Assembly: GCA_963555755.3 (NCBI GenBank)
Contig: OY820905.2
Coordinates: 288,001-352,000, forward strand
Source: Nitrospirales bacterium
Lineage (GTDB): Bacteria; Nitrospirota; Nitrospiria; Nitrospirales; UBA8639
Length of the DNA: 64,000 nucleotides
Direction of reading: 5' to 3'
The position numbers were made by a program, and so were the translations under genes. The notes below the pieces were generated by a model. That model worked only from the letters and a program-made list of their open reading frames with translations. It had not been told where the DNA came from and made no database searches. Shown here piece after piece: positions 42,452 through 52,854 of this stretch (its first letter is position 1; each line of letters starts with the position of its first letter).

Positions 42452-44355
42452 CAGGGCTATTTCATATTAAAGTGTAACTTTATAGATAATAAGGAATAAT
42501 CGATTTAGGCTGGCTTTTTCTTTTCGTTTACGGCATACTCTTTTGCATGCCAGACGAATCGCCAAGCGGACAGCCGGACATTGATCTGAGGCAAGTCGTG
42601 GTTCGCCCAATTGTCCGAGACGAAAAGGACGCCTTCAAGACCCTTCTCGACAGACACCACTACCTCGGTCATGCCCCGCTGATTGGCCAATCGATACAAT
42701 ATCTCGCCTGTGTGCAGGATCGCTGGCTGGCCTTGCTGGTGTTTGCGGCGGCGGCCCTCAAATCGAGACCGCGAGACCACTGGATCGGCTGGCCCCCCTG
42801 TTTTCAATGGCAACGACTCCATTTACTGGCCAACAACACCCGGTTTCTCATGCTGCCGGGCTGTTCGCAAAAGAACCTCGCCTCGAAAGTCCTGTCGCTC
42901 TGCGCGAAACGGATCTCGTCCGATTGGCAACTGTACCACGGCTACCCCTTGCTCCTCTTAGAGACCTTCGTCGATCCTGCCCGCTTCACCGGGACCTGCT
43001 ATCGGGCCGCCGGGTGGCACGAGCTCGGTCTGACACGAGGGTTTCGCAAGTCGAACACGTGTTATGTTCAGCATGAGAGACCGAAGCGCATCCTAGTCGT
43101 GCGGCTGCATCCCCAAGCCCGAGAGATCCTTGCACGCCCGATGCTTGATCAGCCCTATCAGAAAGGAGAAGCGCCTCAGATGAGATTGAATACAAAACAG
43201 ACGGACTCCCTCTTTACGTATGTGGTGCAGCTGACCGATCCCCGCCATTTGCAAGGGCAACGGCACACCCGACGCGCCCTCACGGCGATCATGTTCTGTG
43301 CCACCTTGTGCGGCGCGCGCGGCTATGAAGCGATCTCGGACTGGGCCCAGCAGTTATCGCAGCCGATGCGCAAGCGGCTAGGCTGTACTCAGCGAGGGGG
43401 GCGCTACCTCGTCCCGAGCCGCAGCACTCTTTACCGCTTTATCACGGCCGTCGACCCCTGTGAAGTCGATACCCTGCTCGGCCGGTGGCTGGACACCTTC
43501 GGCGGGGAGGATCAGGGCATTGCCATTGATGGGAAGACCATGCGGGGGACGTCGAAGGTCCCAAGCGAACAGCCCCACGTCCTCAGCGCCGTCACCCATC
43601 AAGCCGGGCGCCACCTCACCCAAAAAAAGTTCACTCCAAGACCAATGAGATCCCCTGCGTGCGGCCCCTGTTAGATGCGCTCGAGATCGCAGGGAAGGTG
43701 ATCACGGCGGATGCGCTCCTCACCCAGAAAGAGATTGCCGAGTACCTGGTGCACGAACGCGGCGCCGACTTCGTCTTCACCGTCAAGGGAAACCAGCCCA
43801 CCTTGAAGCACGACATTGAGGCCTTAGCGTTGCGAGCACGCCGGTGCGATTATGCCACCACCGAGAAAGGCCATGGGCAGATCACGACCCGCAGGATCTG
43901 GTGCGATGACTCCCTGAATGCCTATGTCAACTTTCCTCATGTCCAGCAAGTCTTCTGCATTGAGAGGGAAGTGACGCATCTCAAGCAGGGCCTCACGACC
44001 GTCGAAGCGGTCTGCGGTGTCACGAGTCAGTCCAAAGACAAGGCGGGGCCGAAGACCATCCTCTCGCAAAACCGAAAGCATTGGAGTGTGGAGAATAAGC
44101 AGCATTATGTGTTGGACGTCACCTTTGATGAAGACAGGAGTCAGATACGAAGTCTCAATGGCCCAATGGTCATGACCTGTCTGAGACGCTATGCCATCAG
44201 TCTCTTACGCCTGAAAGGCTACACCAATATCGCGCAGGCGTGTAGACTGCTCTGGGGCAAGCCCCATTTAGCCATCCGCATGGCCCTGCCCTGAAAAAGA
44301 GGGCACAAAAAACCTCATGGAATCCCTTGCTTATAAAAAGAATGAAATGGCCCTG
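42452..44355 (+). mobile_element. ISAs1-family element with DUF4338 fusion, copy 2 (ORFs 42547-43674 and 43659-44294)
   Basis: TSD CAATAAGGGG; near-identical to copy 1. Confidence 0.92.
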
Positions 44356-44361
44356 CAATAA

Positions 44362-44511
44362 GGGGGGACAAGTCTTGACTTCATATATTAACTTCCTTCT
44401 GGCCTACCGCATGACGTGAGATCAAACGGTTTTTGGGAGAGTCGAGGGAGACCCTGGAGCTTTATACGCCTGTGGCCATGGGCCAAAAAGTATTAACTCA
44501 CAACCTGACCC
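44362..44511. mobile_element. Element D, copy 4
   Basis: GGGGACAAGTCTTGAC...CTGACCC. Confidence 0.78.
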
Positions 44512-44663
44512 ATTCATTTGCCAGGCATCTGCTGGAAGGCGGCAACGATATCAAGACAGTACAAGAACTGCTGGGTCATCGAGATATGAAAACCACAATT
44601 ATCTCCACCCATGTTCTCAATCGTGGGGCAGCTGGAGTCCGCAGTCCGCTGGATGGGTTGTGA
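44511..44663 (+). pseudogene. intI: Degenerate intI 3' fragment
   Basis: [30 protein letters not shown]; catalytic Tyr lost. Confidence 0.85.
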
Positions 44664-44846
44664 GCCTATTCAAATAAGTGGCATTATCCTGATCCGCATA
44701 AGATGCCAAACTAACTGGACTCGTGGATGCAACCAATTGAAAAGACCCCGGTTCTGGCGTATTGTTCAGAAGACTCGATGCGTGTTATGCGGACAGAAAC
44801 TCGAAGACCCGTGCTCTTACACGGATCCATCTAAACATTGTTAGGT
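44664..44846 (+). promoter_or_regulatory. Promoter+attI-like module type 2, copy 3
   Basis: TTGAAA-17-TATTGT (44737-44765); GTTAGGT at 44840. Confidence 0.78.
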
Positions 44847-44866
44847 TTCAGCGGAAGATCTTATCG

Positions 44867-45262
44867 GTGCTTGCTCCGAATCAATTTCAGGTTAACGAAG
44901 CTTGGATCGCGTTCAAGCTAAATGACGCTCCGATTTCCATACAGGAAGATGGCGACTTTAACGTTCTGGCTCTAATGGATGCAGCGAGTTGCTTCATTCT
45001 AGGCACAGAGTTAGTGCCCGCAGATTCGACAGAACCATCTCAATTGGAGTCCATGCGATTGCTGAAGGGTGGGCAATCTCATAAAGATCAATTGCCGAAA
45101 AAACTCTTAATTCCAAACAAGCAAATTGCAGATATACTGACAAGAGAAGCCGAGCGGATCGGCATCGTCGTAGTTCGTGTTCCAGAAGAGCAGCTTTTGG
45201 CGTTCATAGATGAAGCACGTGAGGGATTTCAGGAGCACGTAAATGGGGGCCGGACGCACTGA
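44867..45262 (+). CDS. Cassette hypothetical protein
   Basis: GTG start after attI; followed by attC. Confidence 0.65.
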   Translation: MLAPNQFQVNEAWIAFKLNDAPISIQEDGDFNVLALMDAASCFILGTELVPADSTEPSQLESMRLLKGGQSHKDQLPKKLLIPNKQIADILTREAERIGIVVVRVPEEQLLAFIDEAREGFQEHVNGGRTH

Positions 45263-45263
45263 A

Positions 45264-45362
45264 ACCTAACAAGCGCGATCGAGACCGACGCTTGGCTGCG
45301 CCCTTCCTTCGCTACCGCTTCGGTCGATTGCAATCAAGCGCGGCTCATCGCGGACGTTAGGC
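45264..45362 (+). other. attC site
   Basis: ACCTAAC...GTTAGGC; CTGAAACCTAAC complements GTTAGGTTTCAG. Confidence 0.9.
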
Positions 45363-45428
45363 TGCATAGCCCACCCTATTCGTGAAGTTACTTGCCCGCC
45401 CGAGGAGGAAAGTCGAAATATGATTTCA

Positions 45429-46440
45429 TATGCCTTCCCATTTGACTAAGGTTAGTCCCTAGACTAGTCTGCTGGACTATGGACACAGGGTATGCTGCTG
45501 ATATCTTGGATTTTTCTGTTAGGTTCCACACCGAAGAAGCGTGCTTCGAGTACTTGCGGGCGATTCGGTGGCCAGACGGGTTTATGTGTCCAGCTTGCGG
45601 TCATCGCGGTGGTTGGTGGCTCAAAAAATATTTCCGGTTTGAGTGTTCGTCGTGTCATAGACAGACATCACCGCTAAGCGGCACAGTGATGCATAGATCG
45701 CACTTGCCGCTACGGCTTTGGTTTTGGGCTGCCTATTTCGTCTCCACGCACACACCTGGCATCAGTGCTGTGCAATTGCAGCGTCAACTCAGTATCAAGA
45801 AGGTGGATAGCGCCTGGTATTTGCTCCACAGATTGCGACGAGGAATGGTACGACAGAACCGTGAACGGCTCGCAGGAACAGTTGAAGCCGATGAAACCCA
45901 TATCGGTGGACCGGTAAAAGGCAAAACGGGCCGTGGCGTCGCGAAAGCGAAAACCAAGACGTTAATAGCCGGAGCCGTAGAAATTGTCACGTACACACAA
46001 GGGGATCACTTTCGAGAGAAAGCAGGGCGTTTACGATTAGCGATTCTTCAAGACGCTGGAGAGAACGAGATCAAAGCATTCCTCAATAGCCATGTCGCTG
46101 AGGGCAGTAAGATCAAGTCCGATGGTTGGAAGGGATACTCGGCAAAAGCCTTGGCAGGATACGAACACCTGAGACGGACCCAGGGTGACCCAGCAAGTGC
46201 TGGGAAGCACGCTCCACACATCCATAGAGCGTTCGGCAATCTGCAGACCTGGCTGAACGGGATTCACCATGGAGTGGATTCAAAATACCTGCAACACTAT
46301 CTTGATGAGTTTGTCTTTCGCTATAACCGCCGTGAGACTCCAATGAGTACCTTCCAGAGTTTGTTGAAAATCCTGACCAGCAGCTCAAAACCCTTGGGAT
46401 TCAATAAACTGAAGCAACCTTAGTTAAATGGGAAGGCATA
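45429..46440 (+). mobile_element. IS1595-family element; transposase 45479-46423
   Basis: TIR TATGCCTTCCCATTT; TSD TGATTTCA; Zn ribbon, VEADET, SDGW, YLDEF.FRYNRR. Confidence 0.92.
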
Positions 46441-46517
46441 TGATTTCAAATCCCAGGATACTCAGAGTGCGACCCCCTTTACAGCGAGGTACTGTGTTGT
46501 TGCCAACTCGCGAAACG

Positions 46518-47171
46518 ATGCTCCTGATTAGCCGCGCATGCCTTGCGACGGCATTGCTCGTGATGATGGCCGCCTTGGGTCAGTCGGTTCACGCCACAGG
46601 CGGAAGTCAGACGAGGTTTCAGCGCATTTCGACGCAGTTCATCGCAGCATTGGGTACTCCAGGTGCAACCTCCGGGAGCGGCGCGCAGTCGTGGGGTCTC
46701 TGGCCTCTGGATCCGGGCCCTCGTGGAGTGAGGTTGAGCAGCTTTGAGCAGTTAGAGGAGGCGGGTGGAGTGGCCCCCGCACGCTGGAAATTCGACCACA
46801 CAGACTGGTGGCTGGAGGAACACGGCTTAATAATGGAGCAGCCGAGATTTCCGATCCCTCCTGGCAAATACCTGGTCACGGGTAACCGCGAGGTCACGAC
46901 CGTGCTGACCATTCATCCCGCTGACAAGGATGGAAATAGGCGCTGGGAGCTCGATGACCACGCGACGCTCTATGACGTGACGCACTTGGGCTGCCGCTCC
47001 GCGCGGTATACACCGATGACCGGTGACGGTTCGTGTTCTCCGGTAAACGTGCAGAAGACTGCGTTTCCGGTCACTCCAGGGGGGACGATGCCTACAGTCG
47101 AGGGCTGCAAGAAGCAAGACTATGCGGTTCTCTTCGTGATCGCTGTGGTAGTGAAAAACGAAGGTCGGTGA
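46518..47171 (+). CDS. Exported cassette hypothetical protein
   Basis: Signal peptide; followed by attC. Confidence 0.7.
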   Translation: MLLISRACLATALLVMMAALGQSVHATGGSQTRFQRISTQFIAALGTPGATSGSGAQSWGLWPLDPGPRGVRLSSFEQLEEAGGVAPARWKFDHTDWWLEEHGLIMEQPRFPIPPGKYLVTGNREVTTVLTIHPADKDGNRRWELDDHATLYDVTHLGCRSARYTPMTGDGSCSPVNVQKTAFPVTPGGTMPTVEGCKKQDYAVLFVIAVVVKNEGR

Positions 47172-47205
47172 TGCCGGCAAGATTCGTAGCGTATAGCGAG
47201 ATGTC

Positions 47206-47278
47206 GCCCAACAAGCGCAGGCAGTCGAGCAAACCACTCGCTACGCTTGCGGTCTGCCGCTGAGGCGTTGCGTTAGAT
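47206..47278 (+). other. attC site
   Basis: GCCCAAC...GTTAGAT imperfect palindrome. Confidence 0.72.
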
Positions 47279-47307
47279 GTCACACGCGACTAAAGGGCTA
47301 ACTCGAT

Positions 47308-48182
47308 ATGGAACAAACGACAGAATTTCGAGAGATTACTGCGAATTCGGAATCACAGCAGCCAGGCCTAAGCTTCCTGCTGACGTTCATAAGGGCACCT
47401 CTAAAAACCGTCCTTTTCCGTGATGGCGGCGTCAGTCGCGTGCTCACATCCTCATGTATTCGCCCATACACTCCGGTTTTCCGCGCGCGGCTTCCTTGCC
47501 CTCACAAAAAATGCCTGGTTTTTAGAGGTGCCCACAACATGTAACCTGCTCTGTGCGACAATTTTTCAGGTTCTGAGTCATATACCTCCGTGGAAAGAGG
47601 ATTCACCGATCGAGGATTTTACAGGAGGCATCCTCTGGATGCTGAGCTTAACTTGCCTGCTGATTGCATGTCGTTACACATCCTCTAAGATCGAGGCTGA
47701 TTTTTTGGCTGATGTCATGTGCTGCCCTTTCTGTACTGGCGATGGATGAGATATTTGCATTCCACGAACGTCCCGAACAACAGGGATTATTCAACGACGA
47801 CTATTTTAAGGTAATTTGCTGGCTCGCGACGGCCTTCGTATTCCGCCTTGTCTTCCGCATGGAGGAGCCTTCTCTTACTGCCAGGCGTGCCATATTCACA
47901 GGCTATCTGTTCCATAGCCTGTATATTTTGGTTGAGCTAGGGGATGGGGAGTTTTTTCGAATACCTTTTCTATCGATACATCTTCTTAAGTGGTCGGAGG
48001 AATTTTTCGAACTCTTTTTCCTGGTGTCATACCTGTTAGCTTTTGTCCTTATCCACATGAGCCATAGTAATGATAAAGAGAGAGTCGGCCAGAGGGAAAC
48101 TTACCTAAATCCTGCACTAGATATGAATGCACTGCGTTCGGATCGGCATTGTGTCTCGAAGGGGTTCGACGGATTGGTCTAG
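47308..48182 (+). pseudogene. Cassette membrane-protein gene broken by MITE A and a frameshift near 47685
   Basis: Frame continues after removing the MITE, then shifts; MDE...FHE membrane motif. Confidence 0.6.
47393..47533 (+). mobile_element. MITE family A, copy 3
   Basis: 141 bp, same TIR. Confidence 0.92.
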
Positions 48183-48365
48183 AGAGCCCGGACATGGTGG
48201 AGTTACTCGAGAATGAGCTTACGATCGAAGGTAAACCATAAGCCTTCTCACAACCGCATGGAGCGGCCACAGTATGCACAAAGTGCCTGAAGTGAAACGG
48301 CAGCCGCGTGCCGCTCATGCGGGACATTAGACCACATCCGTGACCTGCAGAGGAGGTTCAAGACG

Positions 48366-49316
48366 ATGACCAGCTTGCGAACTTTTCACCGTGTACTCCT
48401 TCTATTCGCGCTGGTGCTCTTCAGCGTTGCGTCAACAGTCTTTGCCCAGGCTAGTCGGACAGTATCGATTCACCAACTAAGCGACGATTACGGTTTCCCG
48501 TACGGTGGCACTCAGTCCATGAATCTTAGTGGCTTCGTGGGATACAAGGGACGTCTCTTTATCGTGGGTGACAAAGGACTTGATCGAAGTCTCTATGAGA
48601 TTCGTAAGGAGGGAACGCAGTGGCGCATCATTTCCCGGGTTCCCCTAAAATTCAGTAGTCCGTCTGATTTGGAAGGGGCATTCTACTCTGCCACCGGGTT
48701 GTTTCTGGTAAACGAGAGCCAGCAGCGCGTGTACTGGTTTGATTTCGATGGAAACAGTGCGAAACGGCGACGATTGACGATTGATTTCCCTCAGTCAATG
48801 AATTCGGAGAATTGGGGTAATGCAGGATTGGAGGGCGTTGCGTACGATGATGAACGTGGCCTTCTATATCTTGCAAAAGAGCGATCGCCACGAGCAATAC
48901 TGGTTTTCGCTGTAAAGGAATCAGACGGATCCAGTGCGTTCATAAAGCAGTTTGACATACGACCTCCAGCCGGTGCTTCGGGCACGCATAGCTTTTCAGA
49001 TCTGTATTTCGAGAACGGTTTTCTCTATGCGCTGGAACGACGTTCATTGTCAGTCGCAAAAATCGACACAGTAACCGAACAAGTCGTCGGCCGCCTCGAT
49101 TTCAGCTGCATCATCGATACGAATGGTGGCCTCTACGATGGTGATCCCAATAGATACGGGTTAGCGGAGGCCTTGTTGCTCACATCTGACATGGTCCTCA
49201 TCGGACTCGACAACAACGGGAAGCCGATCAACGATGCTAACAAGTTCGCGCAGCGTTTCAATCTGAATGGCACGCAGCCGACTATTTTGCAGGTTCCCAG
49301 GCCTGCGGGCTTCTAA
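48366..49316 (+). CDS. Exported beta-propeller protein (SdiA-regulated/YjiK-like)
   Basis: LSG, DLEG, NAGLEGVAYD..L.LAKERSP; preceded by degenerate attC end ATTAGAC (48326). Confidence 0.7.
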   Translation: MTSLRTFHRVLLLFALVLFSVASTVFAQASRTVSIHQLSDDYGFPYGGTQSMNLSGFVGYKGRLFIVGDKGLDRSLYEIRKEGTQWRIISRVPLKFSSPSDLEGAFYSATGLFLVNESQQRVYWFDFDGNSAKRRRLTIDFPQSMNSENWGNAGLEGVAYDDERGLLYLAKERSPRAILVFAVKESDGSSAFIKQFDIRPPAGASGTHSFSDLYFENGFLYALERRSLSVAKIDTVTEQVVGRLDFSCIIDTNGGLYDGDPNRYGLAEALLLTSDMVLIGLDNNGKPINDANKFAQRFNLNGTQPTILQVPRPAGF

Positions 49317-49473
49317 GGGCTCGCGCAAGAATAACTTCCCATTTTGGGGTGACGAGACACCTGTCTGGCAAGGCGCGAGGACTGCGCATACTCTTGGTAT
49401 GTAAGGGACGAGCAACGCCGCCAGACAGGATGGATCGACGCTCAAAGATGGGAAGTTATTCTTGCGCGAGCCC
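49317..49473. mobile_element. MITE family C, uninterrupted
   Basis: TIR GGGCTCGCGCAAGAATAACTTCCCAT; TAA on both flanks. Confidence 0.9.
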
Positions 49474-49721
49474 TAAGGCTGGGATGAGGGGGCAACCTAT
49501 TAGACGGCTCTGGTTAAGTGGACACACGGCTCCGCTCTTTTTCTCTATGCTTCTTAAATCCTGGCTTCTTAAAAAGGGGACGCTACCCTTTTTCGACCCT
49601 TTTGGGGCGAGGTTCATTGTGGATGGCCAGGATATTTCAGCACTGCTCATTGAAAAAAGCCTCGCCGTACCCTGTGACGGGGGGATGAAGACCAATGATT
49701 GGTGTGAATAAGGAGGATGAC

Positions 49722-49979
49722 ATGCAAAACCAAATTAAAATTTTAATTTTTTTATCTGAGAGTAATAACGGTAGATGCACGTATGCGGAATTTAAAAGGT
49801 TCGATAATGACCCGACCCACCACTTAGCCACATTTTTACTAGACCTGATTTTCACCGGCAAGGTCCAGGATAATACGGGCACCGATGAATATATTTTGAC
49901 CGATGAAGGGAAAACGTATCTCGTAGAATTACAAACGTTGTCTGTTTTGTCCAAAAGTGTGTCCCAAAAAAGTAAATAA
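49722..49979 (+). CDS. Small hypothetical protein (wHTH-like)
   Basis: AAGGAGG RBS; YILTDEGK. Confidence 0.55.
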   Translation: MQNQIKILIFLSESNNGRCTYAEFKRFDNDPTHHLATFLLDLIFTGKVQDNTGTDEYILTDEGKTYLVELQTLSVLSKSVSQKSK

Positions 49980-50252
49980 AAAGCCCCAGGGCTCCGAAGA
50001 ATCCTGAGGCTTGAGTCGAACGCTACACATGGACGGGATGAGCCTAGCAGATCGGGGTTGTCAATCCGAGGGTATTCTTCTGGTCGTGCGGTGTAGCAAG
50101 GGGGGAGGAGGGTGAGGGTTTCCTCTATGCAGGGAAACACCACACGAAAAGATGGGGTCAGACTCGATTAAACACAAAGACGTCGAGTACCGTTAACCAA
50201 AAGGCATTTACCCAAAATCCGCGCGAACTTTTTTCGCAAAAGGTTCAAGCCC

Positions 50253-50894
50253 ATGTCATCACCAACCCGAGGGATACTTTATCGAATTTTCGATTGGCTG
50301 AATCGCCTCATCTGTCGTGTCTTGTATAAGGTTCGCCCACCATCAGGGTCGCCCCTGCCTGAAAGTGGCCCTGTGCTCTTGGTCTCCGATCACTCTTCCT
50401 ACAGCGATCCGATGGTGTTGGCGGCTACCGCTGGTCGCCCGATTATTTTCCTCACTGCCAGAGAGATTTATCATCGTCCCTTTCTGGGATGGTTTTGCAA
50501 GACGGTCCGGTATATACCGGTGCGCCGGGACGTTCAGGATGTCGGGGCGGTGCGGGCCATGCTCCGGGCTTTAAGCCAGGGCGAGGTTGTTGCCCTCTTT
50601 CCGGAAGGGGGCATTGACGAATATCGGGAAGAGCGTGGACATTTGGGAATTGGATATTTGGCGTTGAAAACGGCGGCCCCCGTGGTGCCGGCTTCCATTG
50701 TATGGGACCAAGCCAGTCCCCTCACTCTGGGGCGAAGTCTTTGTACCCCTCGGAAAGCAACGGTCCGCTATAGCGCGCCGATTTTATTCCCATCTCTCGC
50801 ACACCCTGATCGTGAACACATTGAGCAGGCCACCGCCAGAATCATGGATGCCCTTCGTGCCCTCAGAGATTCCCAGACCTCCACTCTTTGCTAA
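50253..50894 (+). CDS. Lysophospholipid acyltransferase (PlsC family)
   Basis: HSSYSD, IPVRR, LFPEG, PVVP. Confidence 0.88.
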   Translation: MSSPTRGILYRIFDWLNRLICRVLYKVRPPSGSPLPESGPVLLVSDHSSYSDPMVLAATAGRPIIFLTAREIYHRPFLGWFCKTVRYIPVRRDVQDVGAVRAMLRALSQGEVVALFPEGGIDEYREERGHLGIGYLALKTAAPVVPASIVWDQASPLTLGRSLCTPRKATVRYSAPILFPSLAHPDREHIEQATARIMDALRALRDSQTSTLC

Positions 50895-50995
50895 GCAACT
50901 GTTGCTCTCCCTCCGTAGGGGTCAACCTTCTTTTGTGGGACAGGTCTCATGTTTTGCACGCGAATGACTCGGAAATATAAACCGAAAAAGAGAAA

Positions 50996-51117
50996 AGGGT
51001 CTTCTCCCAAGTGAGTGGGTAAATTTGGGCGAGTCATGTCCTGAAAGGCTTGCTGGAGAAGAGGTTGGTGGGTTTTTCGACCGTGGGAAAAGTGGCCAGG
51101 CTTTCTTGAGGCTTCAC
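50996..51117. repeat. Repeat E, copy 2
   Basis: Matches 14698-14819. Confidence 0.85.
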
Positions 51118-51466
51118 AAGGCAACGATCTCTTGGTGAGATACAGGGGGCTCGATAGTCCGGGGATCAGCAGAAGGATTATGCAACGAATTGTCGGAGCG
51201 TGTGATAAATATGAGTATTTCAACGTTTTGGTACTTGGTTACTTCGAAAACTCAGTACCTACGTTTGAGAATTATGACCTGTCCGCGATGTTCACAGAAG
51301 TAGGCTTTACCTGGAAACATCGATTGGCGTGGGTTGACCAGAATTCAAGCACCTATGATAGCATTCATTTTGCGGAACCAGTCTTGTCAAATCGTGGATT
51401 TTCGGCACGTCTTTTCCGGGAAGTTGAAGATGCAACACAATGGCTTCTTCGCGACACTACTGATTC

Positions 51467-51523
51467 ACATAACCATTCGCTCAACCGGACGCCTGAAGGC
51501 GATGGTTCGCTCGCACGTTAGGG
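51467..51523 (+). other. Solo degenerate attC ending a 5'-truncated ORF (51132-51521)
   Basis: ACATAAC...GTTAGGG. Confidence 0.55.
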
Positions 51524-51553
51524 CTATAGGGAAATCATGACGTGAATACTACA

Positions 51554-51694
51554 GGGCACCTCTAAAAACCGTCTTTTTCTGTGATGGCGGCGTCAGCCGC
51601 GTGCACAAATCCTCATGTATTCGCCCATACACTCCGGTTTTCCGCGCGCGGCTTCCTTGCCCTCACAAAAAATGCCTGGTTTTTAGAGGTGCCC
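51554..51694 (+). mobile_element. MITE family A, copy 4
   Basis: TSD TACA. Confidence 0.92.
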
Positions 51695-51749
51695 TACAGA
51701 GCAATTCTCCATTGATGCATGAATTGGAATAAGAATTGAACTAGGGAAA

Positions 51750-51909
51750 GGGGTCAAGAAAGAGTCCAGACTTGACTTAATACTTTAACTTCCTTCTGGT
51801 CGCTTCGATGACATGGGCGCAATCGGTGTGTGAGAAAGTTGAGGTAGATTCTGAAGTTCGAACCGCGTGTGGCCATGGCTCAAAAGGTATTCACTCACAA
51901 CCTGCCCCC
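51750..51909. mobile_element. Element D, copy 5
   Basis: Homology to the other D copies. Confidence 0.78.
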
Positions 51910-51924
51910 TGAACGGACCCTTAC

Positions 51925-52278
51925 ATGAGTGAATTTGTCGAATATCTCACGGAAGTGTTTGTTGATTTTGGACCGATTCAGACGCGGAAGATGTTTGGGG
52001 GCTACGGCATTTATCACCAGGGGGTCATGTTCGGACTCGTCGCGGATGACACGCTGTACTTGAAAGTTGATGATACCATTAAACCGTATTTTGCAACCAA
52101 AGGTTTACGCCAATTTGAATATGACAAAGGTGACAAGGTTGTGAAGATGTCCTACTATTTGGCACCCGATGACATTCTTGATGATCCGCAAGAAGCGGCA
52201 ATTTGGGCTCAGCGATCTTTTGATGTGGCCGCGAGGTTGAAGATCGCAACGATTCGGACCCGTCGCTATATTCCGTAG
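51925..52278 (+). CDS. TfoX/Sxy N-terminal-domain protein
   Basis: RKMFGGYGIY....MFGLV..D.LYLK, MSYY. Confidence 0.88.
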   Translation: MSEFVEYLTEVFVDFGPIQTRKMFGGYGIYHQGVMFGLVADDTLYLKVDDTIKPYFATKGLRQFEYDKGDKVVKMSYYLAPDDILDDPQEAAIWAQRSFDVAARLKIATIRTRRYIP

Positions 52279-52311
52279 TCGTGACACATGAGGTGTGAGG
52301 AGGTTTTCGAG

Positions 52312-52770
52312 ATGAGACATTTCGAGGAGCGTTTCAAAAATCTAGGAGTGTGTTTCTGTATGCTGCCGTTACTTGGTTGTACTGGTCTCCAGTTTCAACC
52401 TGCGACTCCAGAGGAAAACAAGGCGCTGGTATATCTGTATCAGCCCTCTGAATTTTTCCCTGATGGAGAGCACAATCTCGTGGCGGTGAATGAAAAAGTC
52501 GTGGCGGAGATTGAACCTGGATGTTATTTTGTTCTGGCGGTTTCCCCAGGTCGGATTTCCGTGACCCGAAAGCTGACGTCATCGTTTGGGCTGTTGTCGC
52601 CGAGTTCGCATATTGGCTGGTGGGAGGGTTTCGTCGAGATGGAAAATTTTGGAGCGAAGAGTGGACATCGATATTATATTCGTTTTCCCGAAGGGGTGTA
52701 TGTGGATGAAGAGGAGGAAGCTCTTGAAGAAATGGAGGAACTCAAACTGCTTGAGCCTTACCAGGAATAA
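52312..52770 (+). CDS. DUF2846-like lipoprotein
   Basis: LLGC lipobox; ALVYLY.P; G.RYYIRF. Confidence 0.65.
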   Translation: MRHFEERFKNLGVCFCMLPLLGCTGLQFQPATPEENKALVYLYQPSEFFPDGEHNLVAVNEKVVAEIEPGCYFVLAVSPGRISVTRKLTSSFGLLSPSSHIGWWEGFVEMENFGAKSGHRYYIRFPEGVYVDEEEEALEEMEELKLLEPYQE

Positions 52771-52854
52771 GGGTTGGAATTGCATCATAGCCCTGACCTA
52801 TTCACAACATATTTCTCGGCATACACTCTTTCACGGCCACGGTCCAAGGCGGAA

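Noticed and set aside
39469..44355. A single composite transposon insertion
   Set aside because: Each IS has its own TSD and there is no shared outer duplication
21410..47278. Spaced palindromes as a CRISPR array
   Set aside because: Variable sequence, gene-sized spacers and TAAC/GTTA ends identify attC sites; no cas operon
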